64,000 bases of DNA from Caecitellus pseudoparvulus (taxonomy: Eukaryota > Protista > Bigyra: Bicosoecida), in contig CBFFRQ010000032.1 in NCBI GenBank assembly GCA_965644315.1, forward strand, positions 248,001 through 312,000. The letters run 5' to 3'. Shown here piece by piece: positions 35,604-47,168 of this stretch. The notes under the pieces are model-generated. The model saw only the letters and a list, made by a program, of their open reading frames with translations. It did not search any database and was not told the origin of the DNA. A program made the position numbers and the translations under genes. Within the stretch, counting starts at the first letter, position 1; every line of letters starts with the position of its first letter.

Positions 35604-35917
35604 GCGCGTGAGGTAGGGACTGGCCGACCTCCGGCCCTCGTCATGCCGCGTGAACGGCCATGAGCACCACTCTCGTGACTGAACGCCTCGGCCTGGCAAC
35701 TCTGTGGAATGCAGAATCCATCACAAAGCATCTCTGAGCTTGCCTCTCAGATATTGTGGGTTGTCACATTTCTTGCTAATGCGATAGGCCCACCTGGCAT
35801 GCTGCGATGCAGCACCACAGGTTTGAGTTTTCATTGCTCTGCCGCGGGTGCTGCAGGCTTGGAATTGCCGTCTGTTTTGGGTGGGCAGCGTTTCGGAGTT
35901 TCATTGCTGTGGGTGGA

Positions 35918-37160
35918 ATGGCCAGGGGTTCTCGTGTGCTGCGTGGGGCGTTGGTTGTGGCGCTGTCCTGCATCCCGACACTGCACGGCTTTGCTCCAGA
36001 GGCCTCTCCGACCCCCTTGATTGAAGAGTGCTCCAGGAGTGTGTCTCGCTGCGTCGTCGAGCAGCTGCAGCATGTACGCAGCTGAGCTGGCCTTCGCCCC
36101 CAGAGGCTGGTCGAACGCGGCACGTTGCTGTGCCTGCTTGCGCAGATCCACGAACTAGCGCTGAGTCAAGGATTGGAGTTATTGCAGCACTGCCCCGCCA
36201 GTCTCTCTTTGCACCAGTACTCTGCCGCACACCATGCCACTCGCCGCTTCAAGGCAGCCTGGCAGTGCACGGTGTGCAGCAAGCGCTTTCGTTCCCTGCA
36301 CTACCTTGACCTGCACCACTCCAGCAAGCACCCGCTCCTAGCTAATGTGCGCTGCACCACGCCGCCCTGCTGTGCCTTGCGTTGCTGACAGCCTTGCGCA
36401 CTGCACCCTGTCCCTCCATTCGCAGCGCAAGGCGCCGTGCTTGGCGGACTTCTGCGGCCTGGTGGCTTGCTGCGACGAAGCACTGGCAGAGCGGGAGACG
36501 GATGCCGAGCTGGGAGAAGATGGGGAAGTGGACGGTGCCCACCCCGCCAGCATGGCGCACGGGGGCTTGTTTGCGCCGGGACGCCGCCCCACCGCCTTGC
36601 ACGACGTCAGTCGCATCGCCCGGTGTAGGGACGTTGTGGAGCGGTGCTGGGGCAACCCATCTCCACAGCGGGCACATGAAGGCAGCGCCTTCGCCTCGCG
36701 CGTCTGCATGGGCCTGCAAGACCACGGTCGCGACGCTGCGGCTGCTGCGGCGTCCCTGGCGTCTGCGAGCGGATGGTGGGCCCACCACGGCGCCTACTTG
36801 GCGTGGGCTGGCGTGGTCCTGTGTGCCTTGTTGGCTGCTGCCGCGGCATCGACGTGGCTGGAGCCGCCTCGCGAAGCCGCGCGCCGGGTGCGCAGGGGTT
36901 TGCCGGTGTGGGGCGTGGCTGCCAGGTTGCAGCGGTTTGTACGGCGGCTTCGTAGAGAGGGCACGGCCAGCGCGCAGCAGGGCTTGTCCGAGGCACCCCC
37001 ACACACTGTGGCAGAGGAGGACTCTCGCTTGGATGACCATGCCCGCCGTCTGCGCCACTCGAGCGAGTTCCCTGACCCTCCCCACGCGCCGGCAGGGGAG
37101 CGCCCTCCCCGACGGCGTCTCGCTCAGCCAGTGCCCGTGCAAGTCATCCCTGTGCATTGA
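35918..37160 (+). CDS. Signal peptide + C2H2-type Cys-rich domain + transmembrane protein (similar in layout to a plant family of C2H2-like proteins), 3 exons
   Basis: N-terminal signal, CSRSVSR, WQCTVCSKRFRSLHYLDLHHSSKH, CLADFCGLVAC, and a hydrophobic helix AYLAWAGVVLCALLAAAAA. Confidence 0.75.
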
Positions 37161-37180
37161 CGCCAAGACAGATGTGCCAG

Positions 37181-39672
37181 TCACTGGCGTGGGCCAGGTG
37201 CCACAGCCGTGACGAAGGGAGCCTGGGACTCGCCGTCGTGGCTGTGCCCAGGCGCCGCGCGCAAGGCCCGAGCACCCGCCAGCCCGCCCCCTGCAGCCTG
37301 GGCAGCAGCGGCGGCTGAGATTTCACCCGTGAACACCTTCTCCCGGTGGCCTCCCAGCAGGCCCAGGGAGGGCATGGTGAGAGCTTCCAGCCTGCGCTCG
37401 ATTTCCCCTGCCAGCGCCTGCAGGTCCTCCGTCACCAGGGGCGCCAGCCGTGCGTGGCCGAGGTGGTCCGCCAACCACGCCACGACGACGATGGCCCACC
37501 GAATGCGGTCAGAGACGTGGGAGCCGGGCGCCTCCTTGGCCCACCGCTCCACACCGATGCGTGCGACGCCCTCAATGAACTCCCCATACACCATTTGCTC
37601 CGTGGAGTCACCGGCAGTTGCGACCAGCCCGGCCGCCGCGGCGCCGTCGTCGTCACGCTGCACGGCGCCGAACACCCGCCGCACAAGCGGCAGCGTCACG
37701 GTGGGCATGTTCAGGCGAAGGGAAGCGTTGGCAGCTGCCACGCCACCCACACCCATGGCTGGCTCACGGCGGCCGGTGGCTGCTTTGGAGCGCCCAGCGC
37801 CGCCGCCGCCCCCCATGCGCTGCAGCAGCCCGCAGTGCTCCAGCATGATGGCAAACTCGTCGACGTTCATGAGGGACTTGTGGGCCGCCGTTGCCGCAAT
37901 GTCACTGCGCTGGCCGTCGCGCCCCAGCTCCCCTGCGCTGCTCTTGGAGGCCATGCCCGCCGCGCCGGAGAGCTGGGCGGCGGCGGCAGCTCGGCTCGGG
38001 TCCCGCCCTCGCCGTCCAGCGTTGGCTGCCAGGCGGTCACGCTCCTCGTCCAGGGATGCGTAGAAGTCGAAGACCTTGCGCAGGCGCCCCTCGTGCTCCA
38101 GCAGGAAGCGCTGGATGGGCCACTGGCGCAGCACGCCCCGCACTTCCCCTGAGCTGAGGCGCCGGGCCAGAGGCTGGACGTAGTCCTCCAAGAACCGCTC
38201 GACGAACTCGGGGGGCGTAATACGCTTTCCGTTCGGGTGCCGCCTGCCCTCGAAACGCAGCTGGGCCATGAGCAGGACGCTCTCCACAAACTCGAAGCGA
38301 GACATGGAGTCGGAACCCAGCGCGTCGGCGTCGGTGCCGCGACCCGCATTGGCCCTGTTGAAAATGCCCACCAGCGCACTCCGCTGGCTGGAGAGGCGGA
38401 ACGCCCCCAAGGACGCTGCACAGTGCAGAAACTCGTCCACCTGCATGGAGGACAGCCCGGCCTTGGACGAGGAGCCCGAAAACGACTTGAACACGTCCGA
38501 CAGGGCGGTGTAGTGCAGCAGGATGAGGCGCTTGATGGCCGTCACCGCATCCTCCCCACTGCACAGCGACTGGATGCGAATGTGCCCCCAGTCTGCGTTC
38601 AGGGAGCTCTCCAGGGCCAGCGGGTCGTCGCTGTCCAGTGCCAGCGCACGCTCCAATGTGTTCAGCTTCTCTCGCAGCAAGGCTTCCTTGTGTGCCGCTG
38701 CCGCCGCCGCTGCCGCCGCCAGGTGTCGTTCGTAAGCACCAGCCTTGGCCGCAGCAGTGGCGCGTCCCCTGTCTGAGAAGTTGTACGCGAGGGCTGCCCA
38801 CATGCTGCGTTTCCGCCCCCCGTCAGGTTCCAGGCCAAACGGCGCCAGAGCGTGAGTGCCATCCCCCGTGGAAGTTCCCATGGAGGCGGGGCGCTGTGTC
38901 GAAGATGCGGGGGCGGCGAGACCCATACCACCCTGAGGAGCAGTCCAACCCCCTGCCCGCGCACCGTGGCGTTGGGTTTGCTGGCCAGCGAGGGTGGCGC
39001 CACCCAGCACGGCTCGTGCTGTCGCCTCTGATGTCTCCGTGGGCTCATCCATGTCCAGTTCCACCGCCAGGACAGGCAGCCCAGAGGAAGCAGAAACGTA
39101 CTCAGTGGGGGTATGCTCCCCGCCACTGGGCGCCTCGCCCCGTGCGTCATCACTCGCTCTCCCGCCGGCCGCGCCGTGCCGTGCCTCGGTCGTGGCTGCT
39201 GCTGCCGCTTCGGCTGCTTTCCGATCGCGCTCCGCTGCTCGCGCCGCCACGTCCCTGCTGTGCAAGTCCCGCACGACGTCTTTTACGATGAGGGCAGGCC
39301 CCACAATGTCCGGCTCGTAGGCCTGGGGGAGTGCAAGGCATCGCGGCTTCGTGACCAGGCAGTCGCATGCGATGCACCCGCAAGCAGCCTCACCGTGTCT
39401 CGTTTCCTGCGCACACACTGGGGCAGGTAGAACGCAGCGACCCGTGCACCACCCTGACTACCAGGAGTGCGGCTCATCGCCTTTGCTCTGCCGGAGCTCT
39501 GCAAGGACGCCGAGAAGCGCTGCGAAGCAGTGTTGGCCAGCCAGGCAATGGTCTGTGTGCCCCGCCCGCAGGCAATGGTGAAGCGCTTCCCGTGCACGAG
39601 CACCTCCACCTTCACACTGCGCGAGACAGAGGAGCCATGTCCCCAGCCTGGCTCTGCTGATCCTGTCGCCAT
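37181..39672 (-). CDS. Protein with a Par3/HAL-N-terminal-like domain and degenerate EF-hand-like repeats, possibly flagellum-associated
   Basis: N-terminal VEVLVHGKRFTIACGRGTQTIAWLANTASQRF; C-terminal helix pairs MSRFEFVESVLLMA, LRKVFDFYA, MNVDEFAIML and MVYGEFIEGVARIG. One intron at about 39323-39414. Confidence 0.6.
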
Positions 39673-40153
39673 GTCCCCTGCGTCTATCGCGCGCACACCT
39701 CCACTCGGTGCTCAGGGCGTTTTCGGCACAGCACTTCACCTGCTTCCCAGCGCAGCAGGTGCCTTGGTCTGCAAGCTTCGCTGAAGTATTTGTGGACCGC
39801 AGGGCTGAATCAGCGTCGAGAAACTCGTCTCGCTCTGTTCCGTGAGCCAGGCACATTGGATGTGGCTTCGGAGGGTGTGATGTATGAGTGTCGTGCAGGA
39901 TAGCTCTATCCAGACTTTGTGCCGAGAACGCGGCACACGACAGCACCTCGCTCGCCGCAAACTTCAAGCACAGTCCCGCCGCGCAAACGTACACAGCTCT
40001 CACTCCCTTGAGTCGAGCTTGCCGGAGCCCGTCCTGCACTTGGTGCAGAGGAGCAACACTGCAGGCTCGGACGGCGCTTCCAAGGACCGCTGGGTCTTCC
40101 TCACTCGACTCCACGCCACTCCGGCTCCCACGGCTCCATAACGGTAACGCACC

Positions 40154-42489
40154 ATGAGCATCCTGTGCAAGGCTGTGGCCTCGAAGAATCTGACCATGGT
40201 GGAGTCCCAGCTCAAGTCTGGCGCCGATCCCAACCGACTTGATCAGGTGCGCAAGCTGCAGCCAGAGGTCGCAGAGCGACGCTCGCCTCTTCGTGTTTGC
40301 TTGCCCGCACAGCGCACGGAACTGAGCCTTCCTCACAGGAGGGCTTTGCACCACTGCACCGTGCATGCATCATGAACACTGGAGGCATCGTGGACGCATT
40401 GCTGGCTGGTGGTGCTCGTGTGGGCTTGCCGGACTCGGCAGGCGACACCGCGCTGCACTACGCAGCAACATGCAGCACTCTCAGCATTGTGCAAGCCTTG
40501 TTGGCGGCAGGCGCTGATCCCACATGTAAAGGCGCAGATGATGAGACACCACTTGGCTGTGCTGATGCCAGAGGCGATGACTCTATCCTGCTGGTGCTGC
40601 AGCGAGCAGTCAAGTCTCGCCACGGGCCTGCCTACCTGGACCAGCTCATGGGCAAGATCCGGGCGGGGCAAATGCGCAGGGGCACGGTGTCCGCCCGGGA
40701 CTCCTCCTCGGGCGCCTATCAGGCCTTCAGCAGTGCTCAGCAGGGCGCGGGGCCAGGGCCCGTGCCTGGCCATGACCTGGCGACTGGCATTGTGCACGCC
40801 GGCTCGCTGCAGGTCAAGACGCCAGGGACGACGTTCAAGTGGCGCGTCAAGTACTTTGTGCTCAGCCAGAAGTACGAAGCGCTGTTTTACTGGACCGGTA
40901 CCGCCACAACAGCCACGTCCACCGCCCAGATGGTGCGTGCCAGCACCTTCCGGCGCCTCACACACTTCGTGTCCAAGAAGGCAGCTCGCCGCTTCGCCCT
41001 CACTGTGACCTCCGGCAAGACGCTGCACTTGCTGGCGTCTTCCATGGAAGTGGCAGGCGCGTGGCTGGCGGCACTGGATGACATGGGCAAGGAGCACATC
41101 GCCGCCACCACCATCGCGTCCGCGTGGCGGGGGCACTGCGGACGCCGCGTCGCCTCTGCCCGGGCTGAAGCTCGCCAAGGCGCCGTAGCAGGATTGCTGC
41201 AAGCTTCGGCAGCCGCATCGGAGCGAGCACAAGCAAAGAGCGCCGCAGCTGCGTCAGGCGCGGGGGGTGGCGCTCGGCAGCGGGCCCAATCCGTGGTGCG
41301 GCCACCGCGTGCCGCCCGCTCTAAACGGGGAAGCATGGTGACGGCGGTGTCGGGCAGCACAGGAATGGAACTGGGGGATGGAGCATCCCTGACTGCAGAC
41401 GAGAATGGCGTCGTCGTGGAGGGGCCGCTGAAGAAGCATGCACAGCAGACGGGCACGGATGCCGGGTCGGCCAGCAAGGCCAAAGCCAGCACTGAGAGCT
41501 TCCTTGCAGGGGGCAGCCTCTCAGTGCTGTCGTTCCGCCTGCGGTACTTCGTCTTGAACCTGAAGCAGGGCGAGTTGCAGTATTTTGTGAACTTACACGA
41601 GCGCCTGAGCGGCGTGCAGCCGACCACAAGGTCACGCATACCCGTGCAGCACCTTCACTCAGTGCGCTGCACACAAGGCAGCAAGCGCTTCGTCCTCATG
41701 ACCACCCGCGGTGCCACGCTGCAATGCGAGGCTCCTGATGTTGAGAGTGCAGCCAAGTGGACCTCAGCACTGCAGGCTGTGGTGTCAGCTTTCCGTGGCT
41801 CGGCTGGCCAAAGCCTGCCGCCGGTGTCAGAGGATAGCGGGGAAGTAGCCCTGGCTGAAGTGGCTGAAGAAGGCTGGGGGGATGAGGAGTATGCTGCAGA
41901 CAGCGACGAGGAAGGGGGCGAGGTGGAGTGGGTAGATGAGGATGCGGCGCCCATCGTGGATGCTTGGGGGCGGCACTGGACCAGCAGGTGTGACGAGGAG
42001 GGCGACGAATGGTACGTGAATGAGTACACAGGGGCCTCAGAGTGGGAACGCCCGGAAAACGCCGTTGGCACAGCAGAGTACCCCTGGACAGCCGATGTAG
42101 ACGACGAAGGGGACGTGTTCTACGTGAACTCTGCTGCCGCGTGGGCGGCAGCTCAGGCGGCTGAGGGGTGCCTGGATGCAGACAGCGCCCACTGCGCGGA
42201 GGGTGTCCCAGAGAGCACGTGGGAGACCCCACCTGGTTGGGAATGGCACGAGCCTCTCTTGAGGCAGAGGGCAGAGCAGGCTGCACACGAAGGTCGGTAT
42301 GAGTGGGATGCCACCCTGGATGAGGAGGGGGACGCCTTTTACACAAATGTTTTGACGGGGGAGATGCAGTGGGAGCAGCCCCCAGGCTGGGCGGCACACA
42401 TGGCCTATGTTGAGAGCACTGGCGAGTCGGGCTTGGTGGAACCCGAAGTGGAGGGTGGGTACGAGGAAGCGGAGGATGAGGAGGTCTGA
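40154..42489 (+). CDS. Ankyrin repeat - PH - IQ - PH - 3x WW domain protein; intron 40247-40338
   Basis: ANK: GFAPLHRAC, GDTALHYAA. PH1: WRVKYFVL...AWLAAL. IQ-like: AATTIASAWRGHCGRR. PH2: FRLRYFVL...KWTSALQ. WW: WYVNEYTGASEWERP, FYVN...STWETP, FYTNVLTGEMQWEQP. Confidence 0.88.
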
Positions 42490-42613
42490 GCGCGCAGATG
42501 CGCGTGCGCACAAACAATGCAGTGTCCACCGCGAGGTGCAGCAACGACCGTCTCTTGTGCCTCGCTGGTACTCTCCTGCCTTCTTTTTTCTTTGCAAGGG
42601 GGAGTAGGGCAGC

Positions 42614-45451
42614 ATGGATGCGTCCACTCTGGACATTTCGCGTGCAGTGCTGCCTGAGGGCCAGTATGACGGCGAGGACGAGGACGCCAAGTCTCTCTTA
42701 GAGTACCTTTCGGGGATCAGTGACTGTTCCTCAGGTATGCTCATGCGTGCTTTGGAGTCCGACGCTGCCTTGCGCCGTTCGGGGAACGCTTGGCCTGGCG
42801 CTCAATGTGCAGGCACAGACTTCAGCGAAACGCTGGATGCCTCGGCAATGAGTGAAAGTGCCCGGCCACCGGACTCTGGCAGCAAGTCTGCGAAAGGCAT
42901 GGACGAGCACGGCACTAAGGGAGCCTCTTGTGACTTGATCGTGCTCTCCCCATCTGCGGCTGCTGCAAGAGTGCAACCCAGCACACCTGCTGGTGAGGGC
43001 GTTTCAAATGCCCCCCGCGGCGGTGCTGCACCAGGGACTCTTGCACGTGACCCGCCATCAGGGCCTGCACGAAACCAGCCTTCACTTCGGCCCATGCCTG
43101 TGAAGGAGCTGTTTCCGACTTCTGCAGGCACTGATGACGAGGCAGCTTCCCAAGCGGAGCCTCTGCCCCCGCTATCAGTCATGGCCGATGCCACCCCTGC
43201 TGAGTACCGGCGCCTTCTGCACGCAGTGTCTGCGATGAGAACTGAGTTGCAGGCATGTAGATCTGCCAATGCCGCGCTGCATGCCGACCGGCACGCGGTG
43301 TGGGCCTCCTTGCAGGCCTCCCAGCAGCGCGAGCAGGCGCTGCAGCACGCACTGGCCGCCGAGCGCCAGCACAAGGGTTTCTTGCTGCACTATGTGCAGG
43401 GGGAAGGGCACGGGCAGGACGGCCTTGATCTTTCGTTGGAAGCTCTTCGTGGCTCTGCTGCTGAGGCGGCAGCGGAGCTCGCCGAGCGCCGTTCTCAGGA
43501 GGCACTGCAAGCCCAAGCGAAGGCTGCTGCCGCCTGCAGCGCCCTGGCCCGTGCCGAAGCAGTTCACGAAGCTGAACGACAAGCCCTGCAGAGTGAGCTT
43601 GCCCGATTGAACGAAGGGCTGGCCACTGGTGCCATCGTGCAGGCTGACAGCCGCCGCAGTGGACAAGCGCAAGCGGCAGCACACGAGCGATTGGTGCACG
43701 GCATGCGCGCAGACCTGGCAACCGTGCGACGCCAGAGGGCCGAGGCAGAGGAGGAGTTGGAGCGCCTGGTTGGTGACATGAGCAGCATGCGGGCTCGGCT
43801 GGAGGAGAAAGACGTTGCCATCGACGGGCTGGCGTCTGACTTGCGCGTCTCAGGCGAGGCCTTGTCCATTGTGAAGCACGCCCTCGCGCAGCGCAACGCG
43901 GAGCTGCAAGCGGCCCGGCGGCGTGTGGATGAGCTGCAGCGGACTGTAGACCGCACCGCAGGCGGCGACGTCGCGTCCTTCGTCACCACCTCCTCAAACG
44001 CCGTGGCTCTGCTCAAGGAGCGGTATGGGGCAGAGACACGGCGCCTCCGTCAGGAAGTGCAGGCGTTGCAGGCTGAGCTTCAGCGCTCCAAGGCTCTGCT
44101 GCACCAGCACGAGGACGCACTTGCTGCCGCAAACTCTCACGCTCAGCGCGCCTTGCCACAGCCAGTCCTGGTTGAGGCGGCAGTGCAGTGCGACGAGCAG
44201 CATCCGTCGCAGCCCCCGCCGCTCCCAGCGCGTGCTGCATCCCCACCCACCTGCACGAAGGCGCCCCTGAGAGCGTGCAGCACAAGGGGGATCAAGATTC
44301 CGAGTCTCCCTGTTCCATCGCTGCAGGTGACTGCTCCGTTTTGCACCGCTTGGGCTGCGGTGCGGGGCACCGCGACAGCCGGCACCCAGACCAATGTCGC
44401 TGCCCAAGAGGAGGCAGAAGTCCAGACAGGCCCAAGTGGAGTGGGTGTGGGCGTGCAGTGTGAGGTGGTGGGAGGCGAGAGGACACAGGCGTCGGCAAGC
44501 GTCCAAACCGAGGGCTCCAGTCCCTTACGCCCCCGAGCGGAGGGTGGCTCACAGACAGCCCCGGTGGATGTGGCCCCAGCCGGCAGCATGGCTGAGCAGC
44601 AGGGCCAAATGAAGCGAACAGATGCCGCTATGAGGCGCCTGCAAGTGCATTGTCAGCTGCTACAAACACAAGTGGACGAGGCGCAAGCATCTGCCGCTGA
44701 CGCTGCAGAGCGCTCAGCGCACCTGCAACGTGCCTTGGCAGGCGCACAAGAAAGCGCCCAAGCTGCTCGCAGCACAGCAGCAAGTCTTGAACAGGAACGC
44801 TCCAAGATACGTGCTGCTTTGGAGGAAGAGCGCACTGCCCGGGCACTCCTCACATCGCAGCTTGAACAGTGCCAGGCCGACCTGTTGGCATCGCAAGAAG
44901 CGTGTAAAGCGGCACAGGCCGGCAGTGTGATGCTGCGCTTGGCATGGCATGGTCTGGTTCGCAAGGCGGGGCAAGTCGCAGCTGGCGCCTCTGCAGAGGT
45001 GTCCAGGCTCAGAGAGGAGTTGTCTGCGTCGCGCGACCTGAATGCCTCCCTCGTGTCTTCAGTCGGAGGGGTTGAGGCGTTCGTTGGTGCCGACGCCCTC
45101 GGCCGCGTGACACCAGTGGAAGAAGTGCGCGCTGAAGGCATTGAGCGAGAGCTCTCAGCCCATTCTTGGGCAGACGCGGAGCAGGCACTGGCCTCTGGGC
45201 CCGCTGCACTCGGCGCGACCCCGCCAAGAGCGGGGACTGTGCCTCACCGCCCCAGTGCAGCACCCAAGGCTGAGCTATGGGCGCATTTCCCAGCCACACC
45301 GCCAGCAGAACCTACCCCTCGCCCATCTACGCGCTTGAGTCCGCGCACCATGACTCGCATAGCTGACAGGCACCAGGCTATCCAGCGGCACGTCGGGCAC
45401 CTCGCTCGTTTGAGTGCCAAGGCAGGGCTGTACTCCCCTCCCAGGCCGTAA
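42614..45451 (+). CDS. Long coiled-coil protein with clustered xQT/xQC motifs
   Basis: 945-aa ORF with heptad-rich segments flanking AAVQCD, AGTQTN, AEVQTG, VGVQCE, ASVQTE and GGSQTA. Confidence 0.75.
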   Translation: MDASTLDISRAVLPEGQYDGEDEDAKSLLEYLSGISDCSSGMLMRALESDAALRRSGNAWPGAQCAGTDFSETLDASAMSESARPPDSGSKSAKGMDEHGTKGASCDLIVLSPSAAAARVQPSTPAGEGVSNAPRGGAAPGTLARDPPSGPARNQPSLRPMPVKELFPTSAGTDDEAASQAEPLPPLSVMADATPAEYRRLLHAVSAMRTELQACRSANAALHADRHAVWASLQASQQREQALQHALAAERQHKGFLLHYVQGEGHGQDGLDLSLEALRGSAAEAAAELAERRSQEALQAQAKAAAACSALARAEAVHEAERQALQSELARLNEGLATGAIVQADSRRSGQAQAAAHERLVHGMRADLATVRRQRAEAEEELERLVGDMSSMRARLEEKDVAIDGLASDLRVSGEALSIVKHALAQRNAELQAARRRVDELQRTVDRTAGGDVASFVTTSSNAVALLKERYGAETRRLRQEVQALQAELQRSKALLHQHEDALAAANSHAQRALPQPVLVEAAVQCDEQHPSQPPPLPARAASPPTCTKAPLRACSTRGIKIPSLPVPSLQVTAPFCTAWAAVRGTATAGTQTNVAAQEEAEVQTGPSGVGVGVQCEVVGGERTQASASVQTEGSSPLRPRAEGGSQTAPVDVAPAGSMAEQQGQMKRTDAAMRRLQVHCQLLQTQVDEAQASAADAAERSAHLQRALAGAQESAQAARSTAASLEQERSKIRAALEEERTARALLTSQLEQCQADLLASQEACKAAQAGSVMLRLAWHGLVRKAGQVAAGASAEVSRLREELSASRDLNASLVSSVGGVEAFVGADALGRVTPVEEVRAEGIERELSAHSWADAEQALASGPAALGATPPRAGTVPHRPSAAPKAELWAHFPATPPAEPTPRPSTRLSPRTMTRIADRHQAIQRHVGHLARLSAKAGLYSPPRP

Positions 45452-45485
45452 AGCAGCGCTGTGTCAATACAATCATGTTAATGCA

Positions 45486-46967
45486 TTACTCCCGGTAGTC
45501 ACTATCGTCATCTTCGTCGTAGTGCAAGGCGTCCCCACGTGCAGCTCGGTGGGCTGCTTCCAGCGCTGCTGCTTGCCGAGAGCGCTTCTTCCCGCGCGTC
45601 GCTCGGCGTGGGGGTTTGCGAGGCCGTGCCCGCCGTGCAGCGGGAGGTACCACCTCAGCAGCTCCCATATAAGCCTGGAGTTGTGCTTCAGTGGAGTGGG
45701 CAGTGGCTCCCCCCCGCAAAGCCGCCAGCAGGTTCAAGTTTTGGCGGCGCAGCAGCCGGGGCAGGCCTCTGCAGCCGGCAGCCGTGAGTGTTTGCAGGGC
45801 AGGGCACTGGGCCACAGCAACGGCAAGGGCTTCCAGGGGCACTGGGGTGCTAGAGACATTAAGGGTTTCCAGTGCCGGTGATACTGACGTCGGTGCCAGG
45901 CACTGGTCAGAGCCTTCCAGCGTACTGTGAGACTCTGCCAAGTTCAAGTCCCTCAGGCGGGGCAGCTGTGCACCAGGAGCCGCGACTACACACACAGGGT
46001 AGCCGATTCGTAAGCTGCAAAGCTTGGCGTGGGAAGGCAGCACGACTCGACCTTGGCTCGGCCCGCCAGTGGCGTGTGGGGTGATGTGCAGCGATTCCAG
46101 CTCCGGAAGCGCACCCAGGACACCTTCCACGACGCCCGACAAGTGCTGAAACACAGCATGCAGTTGCAAATCAACAAGACGGGTGCATGCCATGACCCCG
46201 GGCATCAGCGGAGGTGCCGAGAGAGGCACCTGCATGAATCCATACGCGGCGGTTGACTCCCGAGTGGCAGACACTCGCAGGCTGCGCAAGGTGCCGCCGC
46301 AGCTGTGCACTACCTCCAAAGCGGAAGGCAGGTGGGCACCAGCACATTGTTGGAAGTGGAAAGTCTCCAGGCGCGAGGCAACAGGGTAGCTGGGAGCGCC
46401 GGTTTCTGTCAGAGCGGACAGGGCTCGTTTACAGCCATCAGCGCCAAGCAGCTTCAGGTGCCTCAGCCTCGGGCGAGCTCGCTGCAAGAAGCGGCGCAGC
46501 CCTTCTTCCCCGACCCGGCCACAATTCACGACTTCCAGACTTGTAAGGGTGTGAGCTGCTGCTTCCCACCCAGGCTCAGAGGGATCCACGAGGGGCTTGG
46601 CAGAAGCCTTGGACCCAGTCGGCACAAAATGCTGGAGGGAGATCGAGCGGGAAGGGAAGCGGTGCACAGCCCTGGGGATAATGGACCGATCCAGTGCCAA
46701 GCGCGAAAACTTGAAGGCATCCAGGGCCAGTTCAGGCCTACTTGGTAGCGGCAGGCCTGCGTGTGGGGGCGCCTTGCGTGGGGGCAGCCTGCGAGCTTGC
46801 GCTTGGTTCGAGGCGCCCGCACCATCCACAGCCTCCTTCAAGGCGATGCAAGTGGATCGGAGTCGCAGTGCAGTCGGAAGCGGCTCCAGAAGTGAAACAA
46901 TGCAATCCAGAACTACAGCTGGCAAGGCCGTCAAGCGCGTGTTGAGTGCACCGCCCGAGTCTGCCAT
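45486..46967 (-). CDS. F-box / leucine-rich repeat protein
   Basis: F-box-like LTALPAVVLDCIVSLL...LRSTCIAL; LRRs LTSLEV, LRHLKL, LESLHI, LRDLNL, LETLNVS and CPALQTLTAAGC. Confidence 0.78.
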   Translation of the reverse strand: MADSGGALNTRLTALPAVVLDCIVSLLEPLPTALRLRSTCIALKEAVDGAGASNQAQARRLPPRKAPPHAGLPLPSRPELALDAFKFSRLALDRSIIPRAVHRFPSRSISLQHFVPTGSKASAKPLVDPSEPGWEAAAHTLTSLEVVNCGRVGEEGLRRFLQRARPRLRHLKLLGADGCKRALSALTETGAPSYPVASRLETFHFQQCAGAHLPSALEVVHSCGGTLRSLRVSATRESTAAYGFMQVPLSAPPLMPGVMACTRLVDLQLHAVFQHLSGVVEGVLGALPELESLHITPHATGGPSQGRVVLPSHAKLCSLRIGYPVCVVAAPGAQLPRLRDLNLAESHSTLEGSDQCLAPTSVSPALETLNVSSTPVPLEALAVAVAQCPALQTLTAAGCRGLPRLLRRQNLNLLAALRGGATAHSTEAQLQAYMGAAEVVPPAARRARPRKPPRRATRGKKRSRQAAALEAAHRAARGDALHYDEDDDSDYRE

Positions 46968-47168
46968 CGCGGTAATTGCTTGCAGGCGAAATCACAACAC
47001 ACTTGTCAACAGCAGGCCATGAATCACATGGGTGATCAAGTGCAAGGAGCACAGGTGGAGAGGCATTGATCAAGCTTGGAAGTGTTTGTGCACTTGTTCT
47101 GCTTATTCAGCCTCTCAAAGCATCCTGCGTCACAGTCAGCCGCCGCAGGTGTGCATTGAGCGCGGATA

